Part shown: positions 40,251-52,412 of the stretch, piece after piece
Layout: every line of letters begins with the position of its first letter
Position numbering within the stretch: the first letter of the stretch is position 1
Source: Perna viridis
Taxonomy: Eukaryota
Assembly (NCBI GenBank): GCA_037379345.1
Contig: CM074523.1
Span: 1,248,525-1,312,524, forward strand
Direction: 5' to 3'
DNA length: 64,000 bases
Translations under genes and position numbers: made by a program
Notes under the pieces: model-generated
The model's input: only the letters and a program-made list of their open reading frames with translations
What the model was told of the DNA's origin: nothing
The model's database searches: none

Positions 40251-40667
40251 CAAGGAAACATCATCAACAATAACGAGTTAACTTCCAGTTGCAGCAAGAT
40301 GCAACTATTAAAAACAATATTCCTCTTGCATCACTTGTCTCCAAAAACACATCTCTTAACCACATCAAATAATCCAACCTTACATTCAGTCTGCAAATGT
40401 ATATTCCTAAACATCAAATCTCCAATCGCACATCGCCCCTTCGCTCCTTTCTTTCGGCCAGCTTTTCCATTTTATTCCACTACTACATTTTAATCTCCAA
40501 TTCTCCGAAACTGAAAATTAAAGCCCTTATATACTCTTTAACACTAATTTAACACCAACTATTTCAATTATCATATCTTACATAACTGACCTAAATTAAG
40601 CACCAATTCAACACCAACCTACCACCAATTTCCAATAAGTCAAAAACTTCAACAACTATTTAAAATG

Positions 40668-41117
40668 ATCCTACATGGTAATATGATACTGTACTTCATC
40701 ACCCTTCCTATAGTAAACTACCTAAAACAACATCCTATATGGGTAACATGGTACTGTACTTCATCACCTTTCCTATAGTAAACTACCTAAAACAATATCC
40801 TACATGGGTAACATGGTACTGTACTTCTTCACCTTTCCTATAGTAAACTACCTAAAACAACATCCTATATGGGTAACATGATACTGTACTTCATCACCTT
40901 TCCTATAGTAAACTACCTAAAACAACATCCTATATGGGTAACTTGATACTGTACTTCATCACCTTTCCTATAGTAAACTACCTAAAACAACATCCTACAT
41001 GGGTAACATGATACTGTACTTCATCACCTTTCCTATAGTAAACTACCTAAAACAACATCCTACATGGGTAACATGATACTGTACTTCATCACCTTTCCTA
41101 TAGTAAACCACTTAAAA
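40668..41117. repeat. Minisatellite, 65-bp unit, ~7 near-identical copies (innexin-2 intron)
   Basis: CATCCTAYATGGGTAACATGRTACTGTACTTCATCACCTTTCCTATAGTAAACTACCTAAAACAA at 65-bp spacing. Confidence 0.95.
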
Positions 41118-42028
41118 TCATAATAAAGATAAACTTCTGGATATAAGACTAACGGTACAATGACTAAATCAAAATATGCTTATCTAGACATGCAACTAAT
41201 TATCATGAAAATATACACCTCTACATAACATACTGTCATACCGTCAGAGGACAGTAGATTTTATTTGCCATTAAATGGTGAAAAAAAACGTTCTGTGGAT
41301 TGTGTAGAAATTATCCTCCGTGGAATGGTGAGTTTGGGGGGGGGGGGGTTGCGGGGATTGGAATCTAACCCCTTTTTCTTGGAATATGGTGTGCACAGTG
41401 TGGGCATAGTCTGGGCAAGAATGATAGTCTGGGACCCGCTTTCATAATATTTGGATAGAAACATCTCTTTAATTAATATTTGATTCCGTCCCCGATGAAA
41501 CTTCAGTAACAACATCTCGTAATATTTCAATTCACATAATAGCATTATCGTGACATTTTCAGTGCACATAATGACCTTCCTGTGACATTTCAGTTCTCAA
41601 ATCATTTTCAGTTCACATAATGAGCTTCTCGTGACATTTGTAGTCCTTTTTGATTTTCAACTTTCACATTTAGTATAACTAAATTGATGTTTGATTTGTG
41701 CATTCTATACTTTAATCTCACATTTCAAGTATGTTTTCCAAGATTTTACCATATTGGAAAACAAAACCAAACCCAATCTATACCAGATTCCCTCATCAGT
41801 CACATGTACTTAGGTGCAATGTCATACCTTTCTACATTTCCACATTTTGAAAAGAACACTGGCCATTCAATTAATCTATTTCAAGCTGAGCTGTGTTATA
41901 CTAGTGTATGGATTCAATCACTTCTCCATATAGGCATTTTCCTACGCAAAAAAAAAAATGATCAATCAAAAACTATCCGTATTTTACCAAAGAAGTTGAC
42001 AACAGATAAAACCATATTAAACATAGTT

Positions 42029-42227
42029 GCTTACCCTACCGGTGCACCTGGTCAATTTTCCCAGTTTTTAGTGGAGTCCGAGTTGCTCATTTGCTTTTGT
42101 TACTTTGTATGTATGATTTTAGTTACTTTATGTTCTTTGTGTATGTCTGTTTTCCATGTCTGGTCTTTGTCCCTGGATTACATTTTTTTTTATTACCGCT
42201 ATAACCTTGGTTCCCTTGGTTACTCTT
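42029..42227 (+). mobile_element. Penelope-like 3' fragment
   Basis: GCTTACCCTACCGGTGCACCTGG...GGTTCCCTTGGTTACTCT. Confidence 0.8.
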
Positions 42228-42872
42228 GTAATAATAATAAAAAAAAAAATAGATGCAGTTCTCGAATGGACGATCCTTCATTTTAAGTTCCATAACTCTT
42301 ATACGAAAAAAGGGGAATCAAAAATAAGGAAGCTTTCTTCGCTCCAATAATATCAATCGTCTACAAAATATTCGTTAAAATCTTGTGTAAAAACACAGAT
42401 CTTACTATAGAAACTACAAACAGCCCCTCAGAAAATGCAGATATCTTGTATCGTCAGAAAAAAGTAAATAGAGTGACTGTCCAAGAATTTCGCAAGACCA
42501 GTTTGCAGCGGTTAGCAAAATAGGAAACGAACCAAAAGTATGACACTTGCAACCGTTTTCTATGTTACGTACATGTACGTCAAAAGACGAACCTATACAT
42601 TTGTACGGTGAAACAGCCCATATAAATCAATAATCATAATTATCAACCATTATATTTACAATGTTGACATAAATAAAGAATACCGAAAAGGTTGAAGGGT
42701 GAAAACATGTGAACGAGTGCTGCAGTATTGTTTGAAAATAATAAATCTCTGGACTTAAACCTCAAGGACACCCCCACTTTACAAAGTACGGCTTCTAATC
42801 TACTTCCAGGATCCGTCGAATTTACGAGCAAATGTTATATATCAATTGAAGATTTACACTACTTTCTAAATC

Positions 42873-43495
42873 TTTTTATACGCCTTTTTGTCTAGACAGG
42901 GCGTATTATGGTAAACCGGTATCTGAACGTACGTCCGTCGTTCACATTTCGCAAGGAGCTCAAAATTGCTGCCCCCAGTTTCTTGTGAAACTTTTTTTAA
43001 TTGTTTTTTTTTTCTAATGTGATCATGAGCTCCCGTTCGAGTTTTATAAATAACCGCTTTTTTTATTTTTTTTGAGTAATTGGACTTTACTCGTACAAAA
43101 ATGAGATGATATATGTTATGACCCTTGCAACAATGTCAATGAAACTTAGGTCAATTGTTTATTTATATTGATGTAAGATTTCGGATTTTAGGATTTAGAG
43201 TTATTTCTAATTTTTCGTTTTCGAGTATTTTGGGGCTTTATTCATAAAAGGGGGTATTTCCTATAATTGCACCATAACCTCAAAACACTTAAAGCAATTA
43301 ACATTTTATGAATTATTGTTCTTTTTTATTAATGTAAGTAAGTTTCTTTTTTATGTATTTATGTATTTTCCAAATATTTAATCGCAATCATCAGAGCTGT
43401 GTCAAGTTTTAATTTGTGTCCATTTTTGCCCAAACTATTCTGGGTTCGACCTCTGTGGGTGTATCTACATACAGCTGCGCTCTGCGAAGCATTTT
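42873..43495 (+). mobile_element. Helentron-derived non-autonomous element (HINE/DINE-1-like)
   Basis: TTTTTATACGCC...GGGCGTATTATGG subterminal hairpin, GTCC-type microsatellite and AT-rich core repeats. Confidence 0.55.
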
Positions 43496-43507
43496 GATAT
43501 ATTTTCT

Positions 43508-43721
43508 AAGGGAGCTACCATTTGCTTTTTGTGGGGGGAGGGAGCTAGGGTGAAATTTGAATTAAAAGGCAGGATCTATTATTGTTCTTGTACTTTTTGT
43601 TTGTCAAAGTTGCCGAAGAAAAAAATAGGCAGGACCTACATTGTACATGGATATTTTCTCAGAATATAAAGAGATAGAAAATTTCATTCTAATCCCATAA
43701 GAATCAAATGATTGCTCCCTT
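43508..43721. mobile_element. MITE (AAGGGAGCTACCATTTG ... CAAATGATTGCTCCCTT)
   Basis: 17-bp imperfect TIRs, ~100 bp upstream of the innexin-2 acceptor. Confidence 0.65.
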
Positions 43722-43817
43722 GAAAGACTAAGACCTGTACGTAGTTTGATATAATCTGAAAAGTCCTTAAATGTATTGAGAGTCTTTTATAAAAGATATT
43801 TTTTTTCTATTTTTCAG

Positions 43818-45111
43818 TTTGGACAAGGTTCTTGGACCGATCGGTGTTCATGAGGGCATTAGAGGTTCATATGATGATAACTTTGGTGATCGAATGGTCC
43901 ATTATTACACTATCATTGGACTTTTTTTCGGCGTAATACTTGTTGGAACTGCGGAATACGTCGGAAATCCGATTGAATGCTGGTGCCCCACTGAACTATC
44001 AGAAGGAGAAATTAATTATATTAACTATGTGTGTTGGGTCCAGAACACGTATTATATCCCTCCGTTCAAACCAATACCGTACGAATACGAATTTCGTGAC
44101 AGTAACGTAATATTTTACTATCAATGGGTGCCATTGATTCTCCTTTTAATGGCGTTTATCTGCAAACTTCCGCGGATGATTTGGAAGTATATGTCAAATA
44201 GGAGTGGAGTCGGAATTAAAAAATTAGTCGATCTTGCGAATTCAACTCAACTGGTTTCACCAGAGGACAGGGAGCAGAAACTCAAATTTGTTGCACAGTA
44301 TATAGATAAATGGTGTTACAACATCCGGCCATTTCGCTCTGGAATATTCCATCCGTATAGAGAACGCTTGGCAAAAATGGGTGACATCGGATGTGGTCGT
44401 CACCATGGAAACTATTTCATCAGTATCAGGATCATGACCAGAACTTTCTACTTTGCCGTTGCATTCGGACTGCTGTTTTTCTTAAATGAATTCTTGCAAA
44501 ATGAAATTTATATTTATGGATATGACGTTCTAAACAAATTTCTCGCCGGAAAGGACTGGTCGTTAAATCACGCGAGATTTCCAAGAGTCACCCTTTGTGA
44601 CTTTGACATTCGACAGTTGTCTAACATCCAACGTTACACGATGCAATGTGTACTTCCGGTTAACCTTTACAATGAGAAGTTGTTTATAGTTTTGTGGTTT
44701 TGGTTGACTTTATTGTCAGTTGCCACACTTATAAACCTTATATACACATGTATTGTTGCTCTGATGCGAGAATCCCGAAAAAACTTTATAAAGAAATATT
44801 TGAGATTGAATGACATTTACGAAAAGCGAGAAAAAGACGCTTTGATCCGTAAACTCACTTCGAAATTTATCAGTGCACATCTACGATATGACGGAATATT
44901 TGTTCTACAAGTAATTTCCAACAACTGTGGCTGTGCTATAACCGGAGAAGTAATCCGTAATTTGTGGGAGTTGTACCGAGACCGACAATTCCAAATCAAC
45001 AACGGAACAGTTCCTAAACCCCCGGACAGAAACTATGTCAACTTCAGAGGCAGTAACGGAACAATATCACCAGAATTCAAGAAAATGTTGGCAAATGAGA
45101 GTTTTGTTTGA
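43818..45111 (+). CDS. inx: Innexin 2, main coding exon
   Basis: 430-aa ORF directly after TTTTCAG; CWCP, CW, YYQWVP, FPRVTLCDF, QCVLPVNLYNEK, LWFW; 4 TM segments. Confidence 0.95.
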
Positions 45112-45234
45112 TATGCAAGTGTAATGAGACTGAAAAGATATGCAAGTTTTAAAGACAAATTTAGTGATAGAGCCATTTATTTCCCCCCCATAGTGAAGTT
45201 CAGCTCAGCAGAGTTATTAGTGGACTGTCGTTTC

Positions 45235-45604
45235 ATCAGTGCACATCTACGATATGACGGAATATTTGTTCTACAAGTAATTTCCAACAACTGTGGCTGT
45301 GCTATAACCGGAGAAGTAATCCGTAATGTGTGAGAGTTGTACCAAGACCGACAATTCCAAATCAACAACGGAACAGTTCCTAAACCCCCGGACAGAAACT
45401 ATGTAAACTTCAGGGGCAGTAACGGAACAATATCACCAGAATTCAAGAAAATGTTGGCAAATGAGAGTTTTGTTTGATATGCAAGTGTAATGAGACCGTA
45501 AAGATATGCAAGTTTTAAAGACAAATTTAGTGATAGAGCCGTTTATTTCCGCCCCATAGTGAAGTTCAGCTCAGCAGAGTTATTAGTGGACTGTCGTTTC
45601 ATCA
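45235..45604 (+). repeat. 366-bp tandem duplicate of the innexin-2 C-terminal CDS and proximal 3' UTR (44869-45234)
   Basis: Near-identical copy with several substitutions, including TGG>TGA; ATCA microhomology at the junctions. Confidence 0.95.
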
Positions 45605-45655
45605 AACTATATACATGTGCATGTAGTATACACAATATAAAATATACGAATGATA

Positions 45656-46125
45656 TAGGGCCACACTTTAAAAATGTTTGTTTCCCCTAACCCGACCGTA
45701 GCTCCTAGCTTTTGATAGGTAGGTAAAATATTGTGTGGCACAAAGTTCATGTGGTTTTGTAAAGAAGTGAAAAATGTTGCTTTGAAAATTAATTTAAAAA
45801 AACTTTTGCCAGCTACGTAATGGAAACAATTAGTTATTTGGGTACTAGGCTAAATTTTCATAGGTAGGTTAAGGGGAAACAAACTTCATTTCCCCTAAGC
45901 CGACGGTAGCGCCTAGCTTTTGATAGGTAGGGAAAATATTGTGTGGCACAAAGTTCATGTGGAAAATGTTGCTTTGAAAATTAATTCAAAAAAATTCTTG
46001 CCAGCTATGGAATGGAAACAAATAGTTATTTGGGTACCAGGCTAAATTTTAATAGGTAGGGTAAGGTGTTATTTTGGTACTAGGCTAAATTTTCATAGAT
46101 AGGGCAAGGGGAAACAAACTTCATT
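45656..46125. mobile_element. MITE with an internal tandem duplication
   Basis: GTTTGTTTCCCCTAACCCGACC ... GGTAGGTTAAGGGGAAACAAAC inverted ends; a ~210-bp block occurs twice. Confidence 0.6.
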
Positions 46126-46362
46126 TTGTTCTAAAGGAAAACAATAGTAGCTGAGAAGTAATATTGAATACATGTACACTAACCATGCTAAGCCCAAATA
46201 ACAAAAAGTATATGCCTTTCTGGTTTCTTTCTCCAAACAAACAGGCTAGTAGGTAGGACATGTTGTTATTTTATATAGCTTTTTTAAATATGTCTGTCCC
46301 AGAAAAAAAAAACCAACTTCCGGTAATTCGAAGCTTTATATGTGCTTATTTTACAAACTAGT

Positions 46363-46481
46363 GTCTACGACCATATCACGTTGAAAGCACCGGTTCTCGT
46401 CTGATCACCGAAGTTAGGCAACGTCGAGCCCGGTTAATACTTGGATGGGTGACCGCCTGGGAATACCGGGTGCCGTAGACA
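46363..46481 (+). rRNA. 5S rRNA: 5S ribosomal RNA gene (solitary copy, possibly a variant or pseudogene)
   Basis: GTCTACGACCATATCACGTTGAAA...GGATGGGTGACCGCCTGGGAATACCGGGTGCCGTAGACA, 119 nt with paired ends. TATA-like TTTATA at about -28. Confidence 0.95.
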
Positions 46482-46486
46482 ATACA

Positions 46487-46493
46487 TTTTTTT
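46487..46493 (+). terminator. Pol III oligo-dT terminator of the 5S gene
   Basis: T7 run 5 nt after the mature 3' end. Confidence 0.7.
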
Positions 46494-49400
46494 GTTTGTT
46501 TCTAATTTGCTTCTTTGTATGTTTGCTAGCTGGATTTTTTTTTCTTTTTATTGAAAGATTTGAAAAACTAAAGTCTAAAAGGTCATGTTTTATCTTTTAT
46601 GTTGATAAAATTGAAATATCAGTTTGCTTTTAAAACGTGTTTTCACCTTTATTGCATTGGCATTAAAAACATTCTTTTATTTGGCAATAAAATCAAATGT
46701 TTATCAAAAGTTAGCCAATAAAAAAGCTAGGATAGGCAGCCAAAAATTATGGTAGGTAGGGAAACCAGAAACGCACCTATTTTTTTTTCGGCCTAACTAT
46801 ACATGTATTAATTCAATAATAATTCTGCTCAAATGTGGAAAGTTATCAAACAAATATTATTAATGTTTTGCGTTACGGATGCGGGATATTTTAAAAAATT
46901 GCAAACGTTATGGGATCACATTTATTGTCCAAATTACATATAATTTTAGGTACAATTCTGTTTAAGAATCAGGCAATGGTTGTCGAATCACTTTTCTATA
47001 TTTATTTTTTAGCTTAAAAATATCAATACATCTAGAAAACAACCGAAAAGCAATTAAAATTTATTCTGAAGCATTAGTAACAGATATTTTTTTACCTGCT
47101 TATATAGGGCAAAATTACGGGAAAATTTTCCGCCATTTTTCCATAGTGCATTTAAACTAAACTTGACTTATCAATATCTGAAGGCAAAACGTTACAAACA
47201 CTTTGATGGTTATTTCTGGTGGTTATTTCTGGAGGTTTTCAGGTATAAATACTTTGACAATGCAGTTGTATCTCCGCTTTTTTTTCATGTGTCACACCTT
47301 ATAGACAGAGAAGTACTCTAAAATTCTTTTGTGCTGAGGTACTATGCAGCAGAGATTACTCTTTAATTTTCTCATATTGTTCATGACCCATTCTCGTGAC
47401 ATGAAACGTGTGATTTCAAATATTAGAATAGACCAATACATGTAGTATGAATAATGCATTATTTTCACACAAAAATGGGCCATTGACCTATTCATTTCTA
47501 CCTTTTTAGATCATTTTTGGATTTTAGGGCCAATGACCCATGACCCTGTTACCAAAGGGATTCCTGCAATGCATTAGAACAATGTGTGAAATTGACAGTC
47601 TAAGCGACCGACTTGTCGTTTATTAAGTTAAAACTGTGGTATCTTCACTTGTAATGTTTTCTAGTATCCTTATGGCATTTTTATGATAAGTTATGCGCAA
47701 TGTTGACTTTTTTCAATATACGCGCGCACAATTAGAACAAAATCAAAATTTTTAAAGTCATTTCGAATAAATCAGAATATTTATTTTTCTATTCTCCGAC
47801 TCATTTTGTTTTATCAGTTTGTGATACAAATTGCATTTATTGTTGTTATGTTTCTAGTGGTTACAAATGTAAGCTTATTTCATGTCAAATGCAATTTTAA
47901 GTATTTTCGTGCTCAAACCTGAGAGACTTTATCCAAAGGTTTGAGAGGGTTTGATATATCGCAACTACTTAGTAGTGCAATGGAGTTAAATGTCCGAGAG
48001 GTTACGAATGTACGTACAACCAGTGTGTTGAATGAAAGCTTTAAATTAAATGGTAAAAAAATCACACATTTTTTCATATTAATCTTTTTGCATTTATAAA
48101 TATTGCTTTTTTTATATAGTGCATTTATATTGTTTAAAGATAGTATTTTTTATGTTTACACTTTAATTTCTTTGTTGAAGAGTTGTTTTATGTCATCATG
48201 TTTTTCAGTCATTAAAAGAGACGGTATCAACTATGTTTTAGAATTACTATTACATTATCTGTTGAATCCCGATCATACCCCCATCCCTCAATAGTTCTGA
48301 TATACACATGTTCAGTGGATGAAAGCCAAAAAAAGTGAAAGGGAACTAATTACAAATGATACACAAATAAATCCCATGAAAATATAGAAAGTGAGACCCA
48401 AAACATTACGGACATCGTCAGGGGCAAAAGATTCTAAAGGTGAAGAATGTCGACTCATACTATACAGACAAGATGCCCTTCAAAATTGATCTTGATCATT
48501 GTGAAGACGCGTCAAGTTCGAGATGAAAATAATAATCATGAAATTGCAATTATGAATTATGAAAAGCAATTTCGATTTCGGGTATCAATTTTACTGAAAG
48601 AGAGTCTACAAGAAAACAAGTAGAGTCTTTAAATTAAAGACTGAAGTCTTTAAAGTCGTTAATCGTCAAATATTCTTTTTCAGTGATTTTGGCTTACTTT
48701 CAACAACCGAAATGACACGAATGCGATATGCTCAAAAGTCGGGTGACTTCCGATAAAATCTTGGTTCCTTTGATATGATTGCGCACTCTTTCATAGCCGT
48801 GATGACCCGAATGTTTTCAATTACTCGGAACCAGATTAAACTGACAATGGCTATATATAGATATCGGGGTCCTGAATATATATATGACCTACGTGTATAT
48901 ATAGTCAATTGTAACGAACATTTGTGTTTGAATCGGAAACTGAGAAATATTACATAAATTCATTGCTACCCGATCATTTCATCTTTTGATGTTAACTTCC
49001 CGTTCTCACACAAGCAAAAAAAAAACACACATAGAGATGTGTATGAATTTTTTTAACAGAGGAACGTTGTAGCGACATCTTTGGGTTGCTTATGATGTTG
49101 ACCAGGGAACCAGATTAGGAACCAAAATAAAAAAAAAACTGGCATTGAATATTCATAGATATCGGGGTCGTGCTATTGTATGTGACCTATATAGTCTTGT
49201 AACGAGCCCCTGTGCCTTAATCGAAAATGGGTAATGTTCAATGCAAAAAATATGCGAATATTAAATACTGAAGTTACATGTATGAGTACAACCAGTCGCT
49301 AAAAATATCTGCGACTCAAAAAGATAGCCGACGCCTATCCTCGCTTTGTTAATACCCAAATCTGGTTAAGATTTTATTTGGTGAACTGTGTGATCACTGC

Positions 49401-50029
49401 ACTGTGTTTCGTATTTCAATTATATTATTGGTTCAATTATTTCCAAACTATTTCCAATTATCATTACATAAAAGTGAAAATATTCCGGACAACAATGCCC
49501 CCAATGGAGCCTCAACTTTTACGGTTGCTTTCACATTTGTCCAATAAAATGCGATGTTGTAAGTTACATCGGTTAGGTTGCCATGGTTAAAAATCATGAA
49601 TGTCACGTGATGTCAAAGTGAACTCAATACTGACTGTGTCGGAATAATATATTTCAGAGAATTATACTTAGGATTAAACACTGTTTTTCCAGAATTCATC
49701 TATGTGCAAAATCGGACCACTTACAAAACAAATATCAAAAAGTCCGAAATTGTCATTGTAAATGGTGGCATTCAACCGAGTCACGGAGTGACACGGTCGT
49801 CAATTTCAATATTCAAAGTATTTACGGGCTACTGATACATGTATTCTTTGTTGTTTTTGAATAAATAATCCCGAAAATGAATGGAATAAAGCAGATAATA
49901 CTGTTTTAAGCCTCTAAACGGCTCTACCTTTTGTCGAAGCAATAGTTGACATATTGTTTTACGATATGTACATGAAATTTACACTGTTGTAACAAATGTC
50001 ATCGTAAAAGGTGAACTGAAATTGAACTC

Positions 50030-50483
50030 AACCTCGGTGTGTTACTCATCAATACATACCAAACTTCAGTCATTTAGAAAAGTATGGAAAACAAAATAAA
50101 AAGATTTTTTCCAAATCCAAAGGAGCATTATTACACGAAAATCAACGAACCGGAACAAATCTTTAACTCGCGCCATAGTACATCTGCTAAAAAATATCCA
50201 AGCGTTAAGAAAATCTGGAAACCTGGTGGTAACAGTATTTTTTTTCTAAATTAAAGGGGCGCAACTTCATCAAAAATCAACGAACCAGGATAAAACTTTT
50301 GACAAACTTGATCTGTAACTCATTGATATGTACATGTACACCTGCATTAAAAAATCAGTTCAATATCTGAAAAAAATATCCGGATAACTGCTCGTCGCGG
50401 AATGACGGAAGAACGAAGAAGAGAAAAAAATCATATGCCAAGACGCTTACCAAATATAAACAGACGGTTTAAAGCAGGTAATA
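50030..50483 (-). mobile_element. HINE/DINE-like element
   Basis: Core repeats AAAATCAACGAACC (50139, 50273), a GACGGA-type tract and a terminal GCAGGTAATAA. Confidence 0.45.
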
Positions 50484-51610
50484 AGAGGGCATGGAAAGAG
50501 TGCACAAGGGCTATGAAGTGGGCATGTAGGAAGTACGCAGAGGCTATAAAGTGGGCATGTAGAGAGTACACAGAAGCTATAAAGAGGGCATGTAGAGTAC
50601 ACAGAGGATATAAAGAGGACATGTAGAGTGTACAGAGGTTATAAAGAGGACATGTAGAGAGTGCACAGAGGCTATAAAGAGGGCATGTAGAGTACACAGA
50701 GGCTATAAAGAGGACATGTAGAGAGTACAAAGAGGCTGTAAAGATGGTATGTAGAGAGTACAAAGAGGCTATAAAGAGGGCATGTAGATAGTACACAGAG
50801 GCTATAAAGAGGACATGTAGAGAGTACAAAGAGGCTGTAAAGATGGCATGTAGAGAGTACAAAGAGCTATAAAGAAGGTATGTAGAGAGTACACAGAGGC
50901 CATGAAGATGGTGTGTAGAGAGTACACAGAGGCCATGAAGATGGTGTGTAGAGAGTACACAGAGGATATAAAGAGGACATGTAGAGTGTACAGAGGTTAT
51001 AAAGAGGACATGTAGAGAGTGCACAGAGGCTATAAAGAGGGCATGTAGAGTACACAGAGGCTATAAAGAGGACATGTAGAGAGTACAAAGAGGCTGTAAA
51101 GATGGTATGTAGAGAGTACAAAGAGGCTATAAAGAGGGCATGTAGATAGTACACAGAGGCTATAAAGAGGACATGTAGAGAGTACAAAGAGGCTGTAAAG
51201 ATGGCATGTAGAGAGTACAAAGAGCTATAAAGAAGGTATGTAGAGAGTACACAGAGGCCATGAAGATGGTGTGTAGAGAGTACACAGAGGCTGTAAAAAG
51301 GGGCTGTAAATATGGTATGTAGAGAGTACAAAGAGGGTATGTAGAGAGTACACAGAGGCCATGAAGATGGTGTGTAGAGAGTACACAGAGGCTATAAAGA
51401 GGGCATGTAGGAAGTACACAGAGGCTATAAAGAGGACATGTAGAGAGTACACAGAGGCTATAAAGAGGGCATGTAGAGAGTACACAGAGGCTATAAAGAG
51501 GGCATGTAGAGAGTACACAGAGGCCATGAAGATGGTGTGTAGAGAGTACACAGAGCCTATAAAGAGGGCATGTAGATTTTGTACAGAAGTTTTAAAGAGG
51601 GCGCACAGAC
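50480..51610. repeat. Minisatellite, 33-bp unit (CATGTAGAGAGTACACAGAGGCTATAAAGAGGG), with a 358-bp higher-order duplication
   Basis: About 34 copies; the variant order at 50641 recurs at 50999. Confidence 0.95.
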
Positions 51611-52412
51611 AGTATCAAGATTAATGGAATAAACTGGCATACAGATAGTATACTGATGGTATTCAAAGGACATACAGAGGTAGAGTGGAGCGGCATATAC
51701 CGTCTACTCTTAAACACAGAGACGCTACTGGTCTTAGAACTAATTCTTAATAAGATTATTTTATTTCAGTAAAAAGAAGTACATTTATCATCTACATTTA
51801 GAAGCAACAATTTTAGCAGCAACTAAAATTAAAGGTAACGCACATGACGCCTAAAGGTGAGGGCATTAAGTGATACAGCTAAAATATATCTTAAATATCA
51901 GGTAACGCTAACATTGCTTGGAAAAGCGGCAATCTACACATGTATGTTACAAGGTACACTATGTCTTTATCTGCTAGCCCTTCATTCCCTTTACATTTTG
52001 ATAATAACGACTACATGCAGTTCGGCTGAAAACCTACTTCATAGATAAATGTTGTACAGGCTATAAACAACTACTGTCACTTTGGTCCGACCTAGTGCTA
52101 ATTTCACTAAACTCAGTGTGTTATGGAGCTTCTACATAAGGTTAATTTGAAGAGAACTGTAAATTATCTAAATGCTGTATCTATACAGTAATAGCTAAGA
52201 AAATATCATGTGAAGATGATAACTTGCAGTGCGACATAGGCTTCTAGAAAACATCAAGCAAAACACAAAACGGGAATTCCCCTACAGTTCAGAAAGAGGG
52301 GAGACAAACCTCATAAAATATCTCAGTAAAGCAACTTAAAGACTGTGGGTTGCATCAGTGGAGTGTTACCTACATGTATCATTAGTGGGTTCGTTTCGCT
52401 ACCAAAAACAAT

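Larger units (their letters stand above)
46189..46797. mobile_element. Degenerate TIR element enclosing the 5S gene
   Basis: TAAGCCCAAATAACAAAAAGTATATGCCTTTCTGGTTTC aligns with the reverse complement of GAAACCAGAAACGCACCTATTTTTTTTTCGGCCTA. Confidence 0.5.

Noticed and set aside
41684-42286. 200-aa ORF and similar LLICFCYFVCMILVTLCSL ORFs (11447, 14227, 19816, 63709)
   Set aside because: Translations of the non-coding 3' end of the Penelope-like repeat, not a membrane protein family.
50402-51624. Repetitive ORFs (SLYSLH..., CREYTEAIKRA...)
   Set aside because: By-products of a 33-bp repeat with frequent frame-breaking 31/32-bp units.
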